Assembly: GCA_963753975.1 (NCBI GenBank)
Contig: CAVWEH010000005.1
Location: forward strand, 224,001-288,000
Reading direction: 5' to 3'
DNA: 64,000 bases
Source: an uncultured delta proteobacterium
GTDB taxonomy: Bacteria; Desulfobacterota; Syntrophia; Syntrophales; Smithellaceae
Positions 39,187-49,756 of the stretch are shown one piece after another. How positions within the stretch are numbered: position 1 is the stretch's first letter; each line of letters opens with the position of its first letter. A program made the position numbers and the translations under genes. The notes beneath the pieces were generated by a model that did no database searches, had not been told where the DNA came from, and saw nothing but the letters and a program-made list of their open reading frames with translations.

Positions 39187-39957
39187 GTGAACATTATTGC
39201 TTGCGTAAAACAGGTACCGGATACGGAAGCGCAGATAAAGGTGAAAGCTGACGGATCGGGTATCGAAGACGGCCAAATCAAATGGGTCATGAATCCTTAT
39301 GACGAGTACGGCGTGGAAGAAGCTCTGCGGCTGAAAGAAAAAAACGGCGGGGAAGTAACGATTGTTTCCGTGGGGCCGGCGCGGGCCATGGAAACTCTAA
39401 GAACGGCGTTGGCTATGGGTGCCGATAAGGGCGTGCATGTGTCCGATCCGGTGCTGGATAACGCCGATGCGTTCGTTACGGCTTCGGCTCTGGCCGCCGT
39501 CATTAAAGGAATACCTTATGACATCATCTTTTGCGGACAACGCGCTATTGACGATGATGCAGGCCAGGTCGGCCCGATGTTGGCCGAGCTTTTGGGAATC
39601 CCCCAGTTGACTCTGGTCACGAAATTGGATTATGCCGGAACTTCTGTAAAAGTCATCCGGCCGATCGAAGGAGCACAGCTCTCGATCGAAACAAGTTTGC
39701 CCTGCGTGGTTACGGCGCAAAAGGGACTCAACGAACCGCGCTACGCCTCGCTTCCCGGCATTATGAAAGCAAAGAAGAAACCCGTGGATGTGAAAAATGC
39801 CGCGGCGCTGGGAATTGCCACTGCTTCTAAAACAAAAGTGGCTAAAACCATCCCGCCTCCGGCCAGACCTCCCGGAAAAATTATCTGCGGAGATGATCCG
39901 GCACAAAAAGCGGCGGAAGTAGCACGGTTGCTGAGGGAAGAAGCAAAAGTTATCTAA
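39187..39957 (+). CDS. etfB: Electron transfer flavoprotein beta subunit
   Basis: CVKQVPD, MNPYDE, ALAMGAD, GQRAIDDD, NEPRY. Confidence 0.95.
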   Translation: MNIIACVKQVPDTEAQIKVKADGSGIEDGQIKWVMNPYDEYGVEEALRLKEKNGGEVTIVSVGPARAMETLRTALAMGADKGVHVSDPVLDNADAFVTASALAAVIKGIPYDIIFCGQRAIDDDAGQVGPMLAELLGIPQLTLVTKLDYAGTSVKVIRPIEGAQLSIETSLPCVVTAQKGLNEPRYASLPGIMKAKKKPVDVKNAAALGIATASKTKVAKTIPPPARPPGKIICGDDPAQKAAEVARLLREEAKVI

Positions 39958-39981
39958 TTTAAAAAGCGGAGGATTGATAAA

Positions 39982-40959
39982 ATGGCAAAAGGAGTATGGA
40001 TAATTGCAGAACAAAGAGACGGTGCTTTGCGTAAAATAAGCTTTGAGCTTGCTTCCGCGGCCAGAAAATTGGCCGATCAGTTGGGAACCGAAGTAAGCGC
40101 TGTTTTGCTTGGTTCAGGTATTGAAGGCTTGGCCGCGCAATTGGGAAAATACGGCGTAGATAAGGTTTTTGTCGGAGATTCTCCGGCGCTGGAACCATAT
40201 ATCACCGAGGCTCATGCCGCGGCGGCAGCAAAAATAATTAAAGAAAACGATCCGGCAATCGTGCTTGCCGGCGCATCCGTTCAGGGCAAAGACTTATCGG
40301 CACGCCTGGCCGGTAAACTGGCGACAGGACTGGCCACGGATTGTGTCGATGTAAAAATTGCCGACGGCAAGCTTCTGGCCACAAGGCCGATGTATGCCGG
40401 AAAATGCTTCGGGGAAGTTATTACCAGCACCACACCTCAGATGGCCTCGCTTCGTCCTAATGTTTTCGCTGTGGCGGAAAACGCCAAAGCGGCGGCAGTG
40501 ACGAAATTCGATCCTGCCATCGACACGACACAAATTAAGAGCAAAATTCTGGAAGTGCAGAAAGATACCAGCGGCAAGGTGGATTTAACCGAAGCCAACG
40601 TTATCGTCACCGGTGGACGCGGTATGAAAGGACCGGAAGGATTCCAAATTCTGGAAGAATTGGCCGAAGTACTGAAAGGCTGCGTCGGCGCATCGCGCGC
40701 TGCGGTGGATGCCGGGTGGCGCCCGCAAAAAGACCAGGTCGGGCAAACGGGTAAAGTCGTTTCTCCCAACCTTTATATAGCCTGCGGTGTCTCCGGCGCG
40801 ATTCAACATCTGGCGGGCATGAGTTCTTCTAAGTATATCGTGGCCATCAACAAGGATGCGGAAGCCCCCATTTTTGCCAAGGCTGACTACGGTGTAGTGG
40901 ACGATCTTTTTAAAGTCGTGCCCGAATTAACCGGCGCCTGCAAAAAATTGTTAGCCTAA
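39982..40959 (+). CDS. etfA: Electron transfer flavoprotein alpha subunit
   Basis: GGRG, GASRAAVDAGW, QVGQTGK, GVSGAIQH. Confidence 0.95.
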   Translation: MAKGVWIIAEQRDGALRKISFELASAARKLADQLGTEVSAVLLGSGIEGLAAQLGKYGVDKVFVGDSPALEPYITEAHAAAAAKIIKENDPAIVLAGASVQGKDLSARLAGKLATGLATDCVDVKIADGKLLATRPMYAGKCFGEVITSTTPQMASLRPNVFAVAENAKAAAVTKFDPAIDTTQIKSKILEVQKDTSGKVDLTEANVIVTGGRGMKGPEGFQILEELAEVLKGCVGASRAAVDAGWRPQKDQVGQTGKVVSPNLYIACGVSGAIQHLAGMSSSKYIVAINKDAEAPIFAKADYGVVDDLFKVVPELTGACKKLLA

Positions 40960-40971
40960 ATTTCCGAAAGT

Positions 40972-41002
40972 CTTTGCCTCCCTAAATTTGTGGGAGGCAA
41001 AG
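40972..41002 (+). other. Intercistronic hairpin between etfA and the EMO gene
   Basis: ctttgcctccc / gggaggcaaag 11-bp stem with no T tract. Confidence 0.55.
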
Positions 41003-41076
41003 CTTCCTCGGTTATCGACGGATGCTGCATTTTTACATTCTTTCAACAAATCACCTCTCAATATTTCGGAGGATCA

Positions 41077-43200
41077 ATGGAACATACAACAATATTTTCA
41101 GTAGGAAACGAAGGGCGTGAAGTTTTCTGGAACGCTCAACATTTTGAACCGATACTTTTTGCCTTAACCGCGGTGGCGCTCATCATATTCGCTTACGGCA
41201 TTTACCAGCGCTGGAAACTATGGAGGGCCATGGGTAAAGACGAAATTCGCTGGGACAGACTCCCGGCCAGGATAAAATCCCTTTTCGTCAACGGCTTTTT
41301 GCAGGTAAAAACCTGGAGGGATGCGTATCCGGGAATTATGCACGGCTTAATCTTTTTTGGGTTTTTTGTACTTCTCTTCGGGGCTATTTTCGATGCCGGA
41401 GAATTCCACATCACGGAACCCTTTTTTGGCTGGTCGTTTTTACGCGGTAAATTTTATCTTGTTTTTGCCTTTCTGATGCAACTTTTCGGTCTTTGTGTGC
41501 TGATCGGCATACTGCTTGCGCTTTTCCGTCGTTATGTGCTCAAACCGGAACGTCTCGGATATAAAGGCAAGCCGGATAATACTGCCGATGACGCGATTGC
41601 CCTGCTCTTCATTCTGGGCATCATCGTGACAGGGTTCCTCATTAGTGCCTTAAGAATCCATGTAACTTATCAGCAAGCTCCCTGGGAATCGGTTAGGTTC
41701 GTCAGCTGGGGCATTGCCTACGCACTTACTGGCGTCGAGACATCCACCGCTTTGATTCTTCATAAGGTTATGTGGTGGACGCATACGTTTATAGCGCTGG
41801 GATTTATCGCTTACATTCCCTACTCGCGGCTTTTGCACATGATTACGACACCGGTCAATCACTTCCTCTTGTCTTTGAAACCCACGGGATATCTGGAGCC
41901 GATTCGCGATTTTGAAAACGCGGAATCTTTCGGCGCTGGTAAATTGGAAGATTTTACCTGGAAACAAATTTTCGATTCGGATGCCTGCACGCGCTGCGGG
42001 CGCTGTCAGGACGGCTGTCCGGCTTATCTTTCCGGCAAGCCCCTCTCGCCTAAAAAAGTGATCCAGGATATCAAAACCTACTGGCTGGAAAAAGCCCCCG
42101 CGGCGATTAAGGCAAAAGCCGCCGCCGCTCCTGACGCCGCCGCAGATGCGGTGCCGGAAAAGACTCTCGCCGGCGGAGTAATTGATCTACATGAATTATG
42201 GGCGTGTACGAACTGCATGTATTGCATGGAACACTGCTCATCTTCCATCGAGCACGTGCCCAAAATCGTTAACATGAGGCAATACAAGGTGCTCACCGAA
42301 GCCGATTTCGCCCCGGAATTGCAGTTGACTTACCGCAATATGGAAAACAATTCCAATCCCTGGGGTGTAGGCGCCCATTTACGCGCTGATTGGGCCAAAG
42401 ATCTGGGCGTAAAAACTTTGGCGGAAAATCCCCAGGTCGAATATCTATATTACGTCGGTTGTTCCGGCTCCTTCGACGATCGCGGCAAAAAAGTATCGAC
42501 TGCCTTTGCCAAAATTTTGCAGGCAGCGGGCGTCAGCTTCGGCATTTTAGGCAACGAAGAAGGCTGTTGCGGCGATTCAGCCATGCGCGGTGGCAACGAA
42601 TACCTCTTCCAGACCCAAGCCCAGGCCAACATCGCCGTCATGAACGGCTACGGCGTGAAAAAAATAATTACGACCTGCCCGCACGGTTATAATGCCCTGA
42701 AAAAAGATTATCCTAACTTCGGCGGAAATTTTGAAGTTTATCATCACACCGAAATCATCGCCAATTTACTTGCTTCCGGAAAAATTACTCTGTCCCAACC
42801 GCTCACGGGGTTGTTTACTTATCATGATTCCTGTTTCCTCGGCCGTTATAACGACATATATAAACAGCCACGCCAGATTTTGAAGGCTGTCCCCGGTATA
42901 AAACTTGTGGAGATGGATCGCAACATGTCTAAGAGTTTTTGTTGCGGCGCCGGCGGCGCCAGGATGTGGATGGAGGAAGATATCGGAGACCGCATCAACC
43001 ACATGCGGACCGATCAGGCCGCGGCAACAAAGGCCTCTACGGTGGCCGTCGCTTGTCCTTTCTGTCTGACCATGCTCTCTGACGGCATTAAAGACCGGCA
43101 ATTGTCGGAAAAAATGGCCTCTCTGGATATTGCCGAAATCGTCTTAAAAGCAATGGGACTGGAAGAGACCAAACCTGCGGCGGATGTTTGCGCAACATAA
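41077..43200 (+). CDS. Membrane heme-b/Fe-S oxidoreductase, EtfAB:(methyl)menaquinone oxidoreductase (EMO) type
   Basis: NarI-like TM domain with His residues, CTRCGRC and CTNCMYC ferredoxin motifs, two CCG domains; follows etfBA; start at ATG 41077 after GGAGGA. Confidence 0.88.
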   Translation: MEHTTIFSVGNEGREVFWNAQHFEPILFALTAVALIIFAYGIYQRWKLWRAMGKDEIRWDRLPARIKSLFVNGFLQVKTWRDAYPGIMHGLIFFGFFVLLFGAIFDAGEFHITEPFFGWSFLRGKFYLVFAFLMQLFGLCVLIGILLALFRRYVLKPERLGYKGKPDNTADDAIALLFILGIIVTGFLISALRIHVTYQQAPWESVRFVSWGIAYALTGVETSTALILHKVMWWTHTFIALGFIAYIPYSRLLHMITTPVNHFLLSLKPTGYLEPIRDFENAESFGAGKLEDFTWKQIFDSDACTRCGRCQDGCPAYLSGKPLSPKKVIQDIKTYWLEKAPAAIKAKAAAAPDAAADAVPEKTLAGGVIDLHELWACTNCMYCMEHCSSSIEHVPKIVNMRQYKVLTEADFAPELQLTYRNMENNSNPWGVGAHLRADWAKDLGVKTLAENPQVEYLYYVGCSGSFDDRGKKVSTAFAKILQAAGVSFGILGNEEGCCGDSAMRGGNEYLFQTQAQANIAVMNGYGVKKIITTCPHGYNALKKDYPNFGGNFEVYHHTEIIANLLASGKITLSQPLTGLFTYHDSCFLGRYNDIYKQPRQILKAVPGIKLVEMDRNMSKSFCCGAGGARMWMEEDIGDRINHMRTDQAAATKASTVAVACPFCLTMLSDGIKDRQLSEKMASLDIAEIVLKAMGLEETKPAADVCAT

Positions 43201-43235
43201 ATGGCTGTTATTGAGCAGTAAATTTTTAATTTCAT

Positions 43236-43271
43236 AAAAAGCCCGATCTTGAATAAAGAACGGGCTTTTTT
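43236..43271 (+). terminator. Rho-independent terminator after the EMO gene
   Basis: aaaaagcccg...cgggctttttt. Confidence 0.75.
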
Positions 43272-43352
43272 ATGGCAATTTTTCCAGATTTGTTTTATTT
43301 TTCCGCTTATAGTATAAGAGATGCATTCACCAGAAAGGATGGTAATAAATTT

Positions 43353-45047
43353 ATGGCTACAAAAATAGGTTATCAGGATAAACCATGGCTTAAGTCTTAT
43401 CAGAAAGGCGTACCCGAATATATCAAGTACGAAGAAATTTGCATGCCCGACATTTTGGAGCGGACAGCGGTTCAATTTCCAAAAAACGCTGCTTTAATTT
43501 TTCAGGGCTATAAACTCAATTTTACGCAACTCGCCGAAATGGTGAGTAAATTTGCCACTTGTCTGAATGATTTTGGCGTCAAGAAAGGCGATGCCGTAGC
43601 CATTTTACTACCCAATATGATCCCCTGCGTGGCGGCTTTTTTTGCCGTTTTGAAAGTAGGCGCGATCACAGTGATGAACAATCCTCTTTATTCCGACCGG
43701 GAATTGGAATATCAATTTAATAACTCCGGAGCTAAGGTATTGATTACCATCGACCTGCTCGGCAATCGGATGATCGATCTGCGTCCCCGCACATCAATCA
43801 AACAAATAATTATCACCTCTCTCGGGGACTACCTTCCTTTTCCCAAAAATATTTTATTCCCATTGGTAGCCAAAAAGAAGAAACTGGCGGCTGATGTAAA
43901 AGCCGCTGCCGACGTTTATCGCTGGAAAGATTTAATAGCTAAATATCCACCGCATCCACCGCAAGTAAACATTACCTTTGAAGATATAGCCATGTATCAG
44001 TATACTGGTGGGACAACAGGCATTTCCAAAGGCGTGGAATTAACCCATTCCAATTTAAGCAAACAGGCGCAACAACTTTCCGCCTGGTTTCCCGATTTAG
44101 AAAAGGGCAAAGAGAGAATGCTGGGAGCGCTGCCCTATTTCCACGTTTTCGGCATGTCCTGTGTGATGAATATTTCCGTATTTAATGGCTGGTCGCAGGT
44201 GCTGATTCCCCGGCCACAGCCAGAGGCCCTCTTGGAGGCAATTAAAAAATTTAAACCTTCTTTTGCGCCGCTTGTCCCCACTATGTATATCGGCCTTTTA
44301 AACCTTCCGGCCTTGAAAAAAACAGATGTAAGTTTTATTACTGGCGCTTTTTCCGGCAGTGCACCTCTGCCGGTGGAAGTGATTCGTAATTTTGAAAATA
44401 TTACCAAAGGAGTTATCGTCGAAGGCTTCGGCATGACGGAAACAACGCCGGTTACTCATATCAATCCCTTCGCTGATGGCGCCCGTAAAATTGGTTCCAT
44501 AGGTGTGCCTATTTCGGATACTTTATGCCGGATAGTTGATCTGGAAGAAGGCAAAAAAGATATGCCCATCGGCGAACGCGGCGAGTTGATTATTAAGGGA
44601 CCGCAGGTAATGAGAGGCTATAAAGACAATCCTTCAGAAACGGCTAACACTTTGCGCAATGGCTGGATTTATACCGGCGATATCGCGACCATGGATGAAG
44701 ACGGCTATTTTTATATCGTCGACCGCAAAAAAGATATGATTATTACCGGCGGCTATAATGTTTATCCGCGTGACGTCGACGAAATTTTTTATATGCATCC
44801 CAAAGTGCAAGAAGCTTGCGCGATCGGCATTCCCGATCCCAAGCGAGGCGAAAATATTAAAGTTTTTGTCGTCCTGAAAGAGGGACAAACCGCCACGGCT
44901 GAGGAATTAATTGAATTCGCGAAAACTAAGCTTGCCGTTTATAAGCTGCCTACGGAAATTGAATTTCGCAAAGAACTACCCAAAACCAATGTCGGAAAAA
45001 TATTGCGCAAAGAATTGCGGGCGGAAGAATTAAAGAAAAGGAAATAA
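43353..45047 (+). CDS. fadD: Long-chain fatty acid-CoA ligase
   Basis: YTGGTTGISKG, EGFGMTE, YTGD, VDRKKD, PKTNVGK. Confidence 0.9.
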   Translation: MATKIGYQDKPWLKSYQKGVPEYIKYEEICMPDILERTAVQFPKNAALIFQGYKLNFTQLAEMVSKFATCLNDFGVKKGDAVAILLPNMIPCVAAFFAVLKVGAITVMNNPLYSDRELEYQFNNSGAKVLITIDLLGNRMIDLRPRTSIKQIIITSLGDYLPFPKNILFPLVAKKKKLAADVKAAADVYRWKDLIAKYPPHPPQVNITFEDIAMYQYTGGTTGISKGVELTHSNLSKQAQQLSAWFPDLEKGKERMLGALPYFHVFGMSCVMNISVFNGWSQVLIPRPQPEALLEAIKKFKPSFAPLVPTMYIGLLNLPALKKTDVSFITGAFSGSAPLPVEVIRNFENITKGVIVEGFGMTETTPVTHINPFADGARKIGSIGVPISDTLCRIVDLEEGKKDMPIGERGELIIKGPQVMRGYKDNPSETANTLRNGWIYTGDIATMDEDGYFYIVDRKKDMIITGGYNVYPRDVDEIFYMHPKVQEACAIGIPDPKRGENIKVFVVLKEGQTATAEELIEFAKTKLAVYKLPTEIEFRKELPKTNVGKILRKELRAEELKKRK

Positions 45048-45096
45048 GCTCAAATTTTTCCGAGTGATGATAGTATCTGCAATTTACACACTCGTT

Positions 45097-45150
45097 ATTT
45101 AGGGCGCGTTTCCCCCGGCATTCGTCAGGCCAGCAGGACGCGCCCTAAAT
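45097..45150. repeat. REP-like palindrome
   Basis: atttagggcgcgtt...gacgcgccctaaat inverted repeat; shares agggcgcgtttcccc with 34829. Confidence 0.55.
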
Positions 45151-45171
45151 GGCGAAAAAGGAAGGTCACAA

Positions 45172-45954
45172 ATGGGATACAAAAACATTCTTTTAAACAC
45201 CGAAGAAGATATTGCGACCATTACATTCAACCGGCCTAAAGTTTTAAATGCCATGAATTCCGAAGTACTTGAGGAGATTTATGATGCGGTAACAATCTGT
45301 GCTGGGAACGACAGCGTAAAGGCTTTAATATTGACCGGAGCCGGCAACAAGGCCTTCGTGGCCGGAGCTGATATTGCGCAAATGCAAAATTCCACATCAG
45401 TGGAAATTCTGCAATTAATGGAATTGGGACATCGCACTTTGCGGGTGATCGAAACTATGCCCAAACCATCGATTGCCGCGATAAATGGCTTTGCACTGGG
45501 CGGCGGCACGGAAATAGCGCTGGCCTGCGACATTAGATTTGCTGCGGAAAGCGCCATTTTCGGTCAACCGGAAATTTTAATCGGCGTTATCCCCGGCTGG
45601 GGAGGCACCAAGCGGCTACCACGCCTCGTCGGAATGGGAATAGCCAAAGAAATGATTCTGGGCGGCATGCAAGTTAACGCCGAAAGAGCCTACGAAATCG
45701 GGCTGGTCAATAAAGTTTTTCCCGCGGATAAGCTTTTGGAAGAAGCCAAAAAATTCGCCAAGAAACTGGCGACACTTCCTTCTTTCGCTTTAAAGATGGC
45801 TAAAAATGCCATTAATTACGGGTTTGATATGTCGCTGGACAACGCCAGCTTGCTGGAAATAGGTTGTATCGCGCAATGTTTTGCCACCGAAGATCAAAAA
45901 GAAGGCATGAAGGCGTTTCTGGAAAAAAGAAAACCTACGTTCACAGGAAAATAA
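45172..45954 (+). CDS. Enoyl-CoA hydratase (crotonase family)
   Basis: FVAGADI, GFALGGGTE, GQPE...PGWGG. Confidence 0.92.
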   Translation: MGYKNILLNTEEDIATITFNRPKVLNAMNSEVLEEIYDAVTICAGNDSVKALILTGAGNKAFVAGADIAQMQNSTSVEILQLMELGHRTLRVIETMPKPSIAAINGFALGGGTEIALACDIRFAAESAIFGQPEILIGVIPGWGGTKRLPRLVGMGIAKEMILGGMQVNAERAYEIGLVNKVFPADKLLEEAKKFAKKLATLPSFALKMAKNAINYGFDMSLDNASLLEIGCIAQCFATEDQKEGMKAFLEKRKPTFTGK

Positions 45955-46009
45955 ACGTTCAACGTTAAACATTCAAAGATATTTTTTAAACCTAGAACGT
46001 AGAACTTTT
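45954..46009. repeat. Short inverted pair of 7-bp tandem arrays
   Basis: aacgttc aacgtta aacattc ... aacctag aacgtag aactttt. Confidence 0.45.
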
Positions 46010-46043
46010 AATTTGCTCTAACCTATATTTCACTTGACAGATA

Positions 46044-46069
46044 GTGTCCAATCAAGATGGGTCTTGACA
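46044..46069. mobile_element. Possible isolated IS3-family terminal inverted repeat
   Basis: Reverse complement TGTCAAGACCCATCTTGATTGGACAC has the TG...CCC...TGGACAC form of IS3-type ends. Confidence 0.35.
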
Positions 46070-46257
46070 ATTGTTACACCTACAAAGTGTGAGTAGCAGG
46101 TAGTCGTCAGAATTGAGGATTACTGATGGAAAGAAAGTAAGAAGCACAAATCTCTTCGAGCTAAACAAAAAACATCTGAAAATCCTTATCGCTTGCATTT
46201 CGCCAATAAATAATTCATAGAATTTGTCATTAACTCAGAAAATCTTAAATTGGGATT

Positions 46258-47550
46258 ATGTCTTTAAGATCAACATTCAGAGCCTTGCAGTATAGAAATT
46301 ACCGTCTCTTTTTTCTTGGACAGGGCACATCTTTAATGGGCACCTGGATGCAGCGTGTTGCTACAGCCTGGCTGGTATACCGGCTTACCAATTCGGCGGT
46401 TTTACTCGGAGTGGTGGGATTTGTCAGCCAAATTCCGACTTTTATACTTTCGCCTCTCGGCGGGGTGATCGCTGATAGATGGAATAAGAAAAATATTTTC
46501 CTCGTAACCCAGGTTCTGGCTATGATTCAGGCCCTCGTCCTTGCGGTTCTCGTAGTACAAGGCACAATCACGGTGTCCTGGATAATTTTCTTAAATGTTT
46601 GTCTCGGTTTAATCAACGCTTTTGATATCACCGCACGACAATCTTTCGTAGTTGATATGATTGAGAACAAAGCTGATCTCAGTAATGCAATCGCCTTAAA
46701 TTCATCCATGGTAAATGGAGCCCGGTTATTGGGGCCTTCAATCACAGGAATATTGATAGCATTTGCAGGCGAGGGTGTTTGTTTTTTCATTAACAGCGCA
46801 AGTTACCTGGTAATAATAATAGCTTTACTTAGAATGAAAATTACTCCCCTAAAAAAGAAAAGAAAAAATACGCATATAATCAATGATTTTAAAGAAGGAT
46901 TTATTTATATTTACAAATCTGTTCCTATGCGCTCCACTATATTTTTATTGGCATTGGTAAGCCTTTTAGGAATGCCTTATCAGGTATTAATGCCTGTATT
47001 TGCAAAACAAGTTCTGGGTGGTGGGTCTCATACCCTTGGATTCCTCATGGGTGCAACGGGTCTTGGAGCATTAATTGGTGCGATATATCTCGCTTCCAGA
47101 AAAAGTAGTGAAAATATATGGAAACTTATACCCGTCTCTGCCGCTATATTCGGTATTGGATTAATAGCCTTTTCACTTTCTAGAAGTTTATGGCTTTCTT
47201 TATTGCTTCTTTTAATTGCTGGCTGGGGAATGATGGTCCAAATGGCTTCCAGCAATACGTTGCTTCAAGTTTTAGTAGACGATGATAAGAGAGGTCGCAT
47301 AATGGCATTTTATGCAATGGCCTTCATGGGGACGGTTCCTTTCGGGAGTTTGCTTGCGGGCAGCCTTGCCGGACTCATCGGCGCGCCGAACACCGTTTTT
47401 GTTGGCGGTGCTCTGTGTATTCTAGGCGCTTTTGCGCTCTTTAGAGATATCCGGTTGGCAAAGGATGTGATGCCTGTAGCGGAAAAGGAAATCACCCCGG
47501 AAATGGAAGCAGGAATTGAATCTTCAGAAGAAGTCACGGATTCTTTGTAA
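46258..47550 (+). CDS. MFS transporter
   Basis: About 12 TM helices, GGVIADRW motif A, RGRIMA. Confidence 0.92.
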   Translation: MSLRSTFRALQYRNYRLFFLGQGTSLMGTWMQRVATAWLVYRLTNSAVLLGVVGFVSQIPTFILSPLGGVIADRWNKKNIFLVTQVLAMIQALVLAVLVVQGTITVSWIIFLNVCLGLINAFDITARQSFVVDMIENKADLSNAIALNSSMVNGARLLGPSITGILIAFAGEGVCFFINSASYLVIIIALLRMKITPLKKKRKNTHIINDFKEGFIYIYKSVPMRSTIFLLALVSLLGMPYQVLMPVFAKQVLGGGSHTLGFLMGATGLGALIGAIYLASRKSSENIWKLIPVSAAIFGIGLIAFSLSRSLWLSLLLLLIAGWGMMVQMASSNTLLQVLVDDDKRGRIMAFYAMAFMGTVPFGSLLAGSLAGLIGAPNTVFVGGALCILGAFALFRDIRLAKDVMPVAEKEITPEMEAGIESSEEVTDSL

Positions 47551-47565
47551 ATGGGGAGGATGACT

Positions 47566-48243
47566 ATGAACGATAACATTAAAGTTATTAATTTGGATTT
47601 TGTAAATGCATTCTTAATAAAGGTTAAAGATGGCTATATTTTAATTGATACCGGTTTGCCCCAACAGTGGAAAAAGCTGGATGAGGAATTAATATCTTCA
47701 GGTTGTTTACCCGGCAGATTAAAACTTGTAATAATAACTCACGGCGATTGGGACCACACGGGCAACTGTTCAATGTTGCAGGAAAAATATAAAGCCAAGA
47801 TCGCTATGCATTCCGCCGACGCTTTTATGGCAGAGGGCCAAGTGTTCCTCAAACGCAAAATAAGAACGTTGTCCCGTAGAATCTTTTTTATGTTCAGGAT
47901 GCTGATGATGAAGCTGCAAAGAAACAAAATAAGTTTTAACAAATTCAAGCCCGACATACTTTTGACTAACGGACAAGATATGAGAGAATATGGTTTTGAT
48001 GCAAAAATCATTCACATTCCGGGACACACCAAAGGTTCCATAGGAATTTTAACTGACGAAGGCAACTTTTTTGCCGGGGACACATTCGTGAACAGAAAGA
48101 AACCTGATAGTGCAGAGATCATCGCCAATTTACAGAAACTTGAAAACAGTATCGACATGTTGAAGAAAATGAATATTAAAATGGTCTATCCCGGTCATGG
48201 TAGACCGTTTATGATGGAAAATTATTTAAAAACAAGTATATAA
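47566..48243 (+). CDS. MBL-fold metallo-hydrolase
   Basis: LIDTG, THGDWDH, PGHT, AGD, PGHG. Confidence 0.88.
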   Translation: MNDNIKVINLDFVNAFLIKVKDGYILIDTGLPQQWKKLDEELISSGCLPGRLKLVIITHGDWDHTGNCSMLQEKYKAKIAMHSADAFMAEGQVFLKRKIRTLSRRIFFMFRMLMMKLQRNKISFNKFKPDILLTNGQDMREYGFDAKIIHIPGHTKGSIGILTDEGNFFAGDTFVNRKKPDSAEIIANLQKLENSIDMLKKMNIKMVYPGHGRPFMMENYLKTSI

Positions 48244-48481
48244 AATTGATGAACTCGCATATAATCTTGTCGAGATTCAGCGATAGTCCAGTTCATAAGT
48301 GTGACGAAGCGTCGAACAGAGGTTACTCCTGCTGATTATCACTGTAGACATCAGATTTTAATATGAATGGCAATCTATTGGCAGCAAAGAAAAACAATAA
48401 GGGTATAAAAATGCTAATGACTGCTACCGTATGAACCAAAATGTGCCACTTTATCCGTTAATTTTTCATAGATCAATTTTA

Positions 48482-49756
48482 TCAAGTTATCCAATTTGGA
48501 CGGTTGTTCATCCAAAATCTCACAGTTTTACGTATCCACGCCTCAATTTCCTTAACAACATAAAACTTCGGTATGAGCAAATTGTCTTCCTGTGAAATCA
48601 TACCATCGCTGATAGCGACTTTTGCTAATTTTGTATTGGGATAGATACGAATACCGATAGTGATTTTTAATGCGTCCAAGTCCAGTGAATCGGCAAAAGC
48701 CAGGCTTTGTTTTACGGTCTCTTTTGTTTCACCGGGGCCTCCCAGCAGTAAAAACCCCATTCGTTTGATTCCAATATCCCTCAGTATATCAGATGTTCGG
48801 CGAATGGAATCCAAGCTGAATTTTTTGTTCATATTGCGCAGTATTTGCTCACTGCCGCTTTCAAAACCCAGGCTGACTTCTTTACAACCAGCTTTTACCA
48901 GCAAATCAGCCAATTCCTTATCAATAATCCCAGGGTAAAAAATGCACCTCCAAGATATTCCCAGTTTTTTATCTATGATCTTACGGCAAAGATCTTTAGC
49001 GTAAGACAAAGGCATATTAAATATATTGTCAACGAAATAGAATCTTTTATATCCGGCATCCACGTGGCGCACAATATTCTCAATGACAAATTCCGGACTT
49101 CGTTTCCGAATAGGGCGCCCTTCTATGTCTGCTGTAGAACAATAATTGCAGTTCATGGGACAGCCGCGCCTGGTCTGGATAGGTATTCCAAAATCATCAT
49201 TGTCGGGACTTGGTATTGACCACATCTTTTCATCGGGAAAAGGCAATTCATCCAAAACCTTTGCATACTGTCTTTCACCCTGAAGTCCGACTCCTCGTAA
49301 ATAAAGTCCTGGCGTTCCCGAAAGATCGGCACTCTGTTGCATCCGATATAAAAGAGCAGGGAAAGCTATCTCCCCCTCTCCTTGTATTCCCATGTCTGCT
49401 TCCAGATAATTGAGTGCGCTCTCCGGGAATATACTATAACCGGCTCCACCTAACACGATAGGAACATCTGATACGTTTCTGCACTCGCCGATAATCTCTT
49501 TGACTTGATTCAATAGAAATCTTGGGGTAGTCATGTTCTGGTCATCGATATTTCTTATGGAGATGCCGATGATCTCGGGACTAAAAGATTTTATCGTTAG
49601 ATTTAGAGCCTCTTCAGTGTTCTTTTCCGTCAAGAGATCCAATAAACGTACATCATGTCCTGCGTTTCGCGTAGCCACAGCGACACAATTCAATCCCAAA
49701 GGTAAAGGAAGAATATTGGTCTGCTCGGTATTGGCAGAAACAAGGAGGACTCTCAT
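48482..49756 (-). CDS. B12-binding radical SAM protein
   Basis: N-terminal B12-binding domain (SIRNID, VLGG), CPMNCNYC motif. Confidence 0.9.
   Translation of the reverse strand: MRVLLVSANTEQTNILPLPLGLNCVAVATRNAGHDVRLLDLLTEKNTEEALNLTIKSFSPEIIGISIRNIDDQNMTTPRFLLNQVKEIIGECRNVSDVPIVLGGAGYSIFPESALNYLEADMGIQGEGEIAFPALLYRMQQSADLSGTPGLYLRGVGLQGERQYAKVLDELPFPDEKMWSIPSPDNDDFGIPIQTRRGCPMNCNYCSTADIEGRPIRKRSPEFVIENIVRHVDAGYKRFYFVDNIFNMPLSYAKDLCRKIIDKKLGISWRCIFYPGIIDKELADLLVKAGCKEVSLGFESGSEQILRNMNKKFSLDSIRRTSDILRDIGIKRMGFLLLGGPGETKETVKQSLAFADSLDLDALKITIGIRIYPNTKLAKVAISDGMISQEDNLLIPKFYVVKEIEAWIRKTVRFWMNNRPNWIT

Noticed and set aside
48323..48469. Small hydrophobic ORF downstream of the radical SAM gene
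   Set aside because: Stop at codon 4 and no recognisable family.
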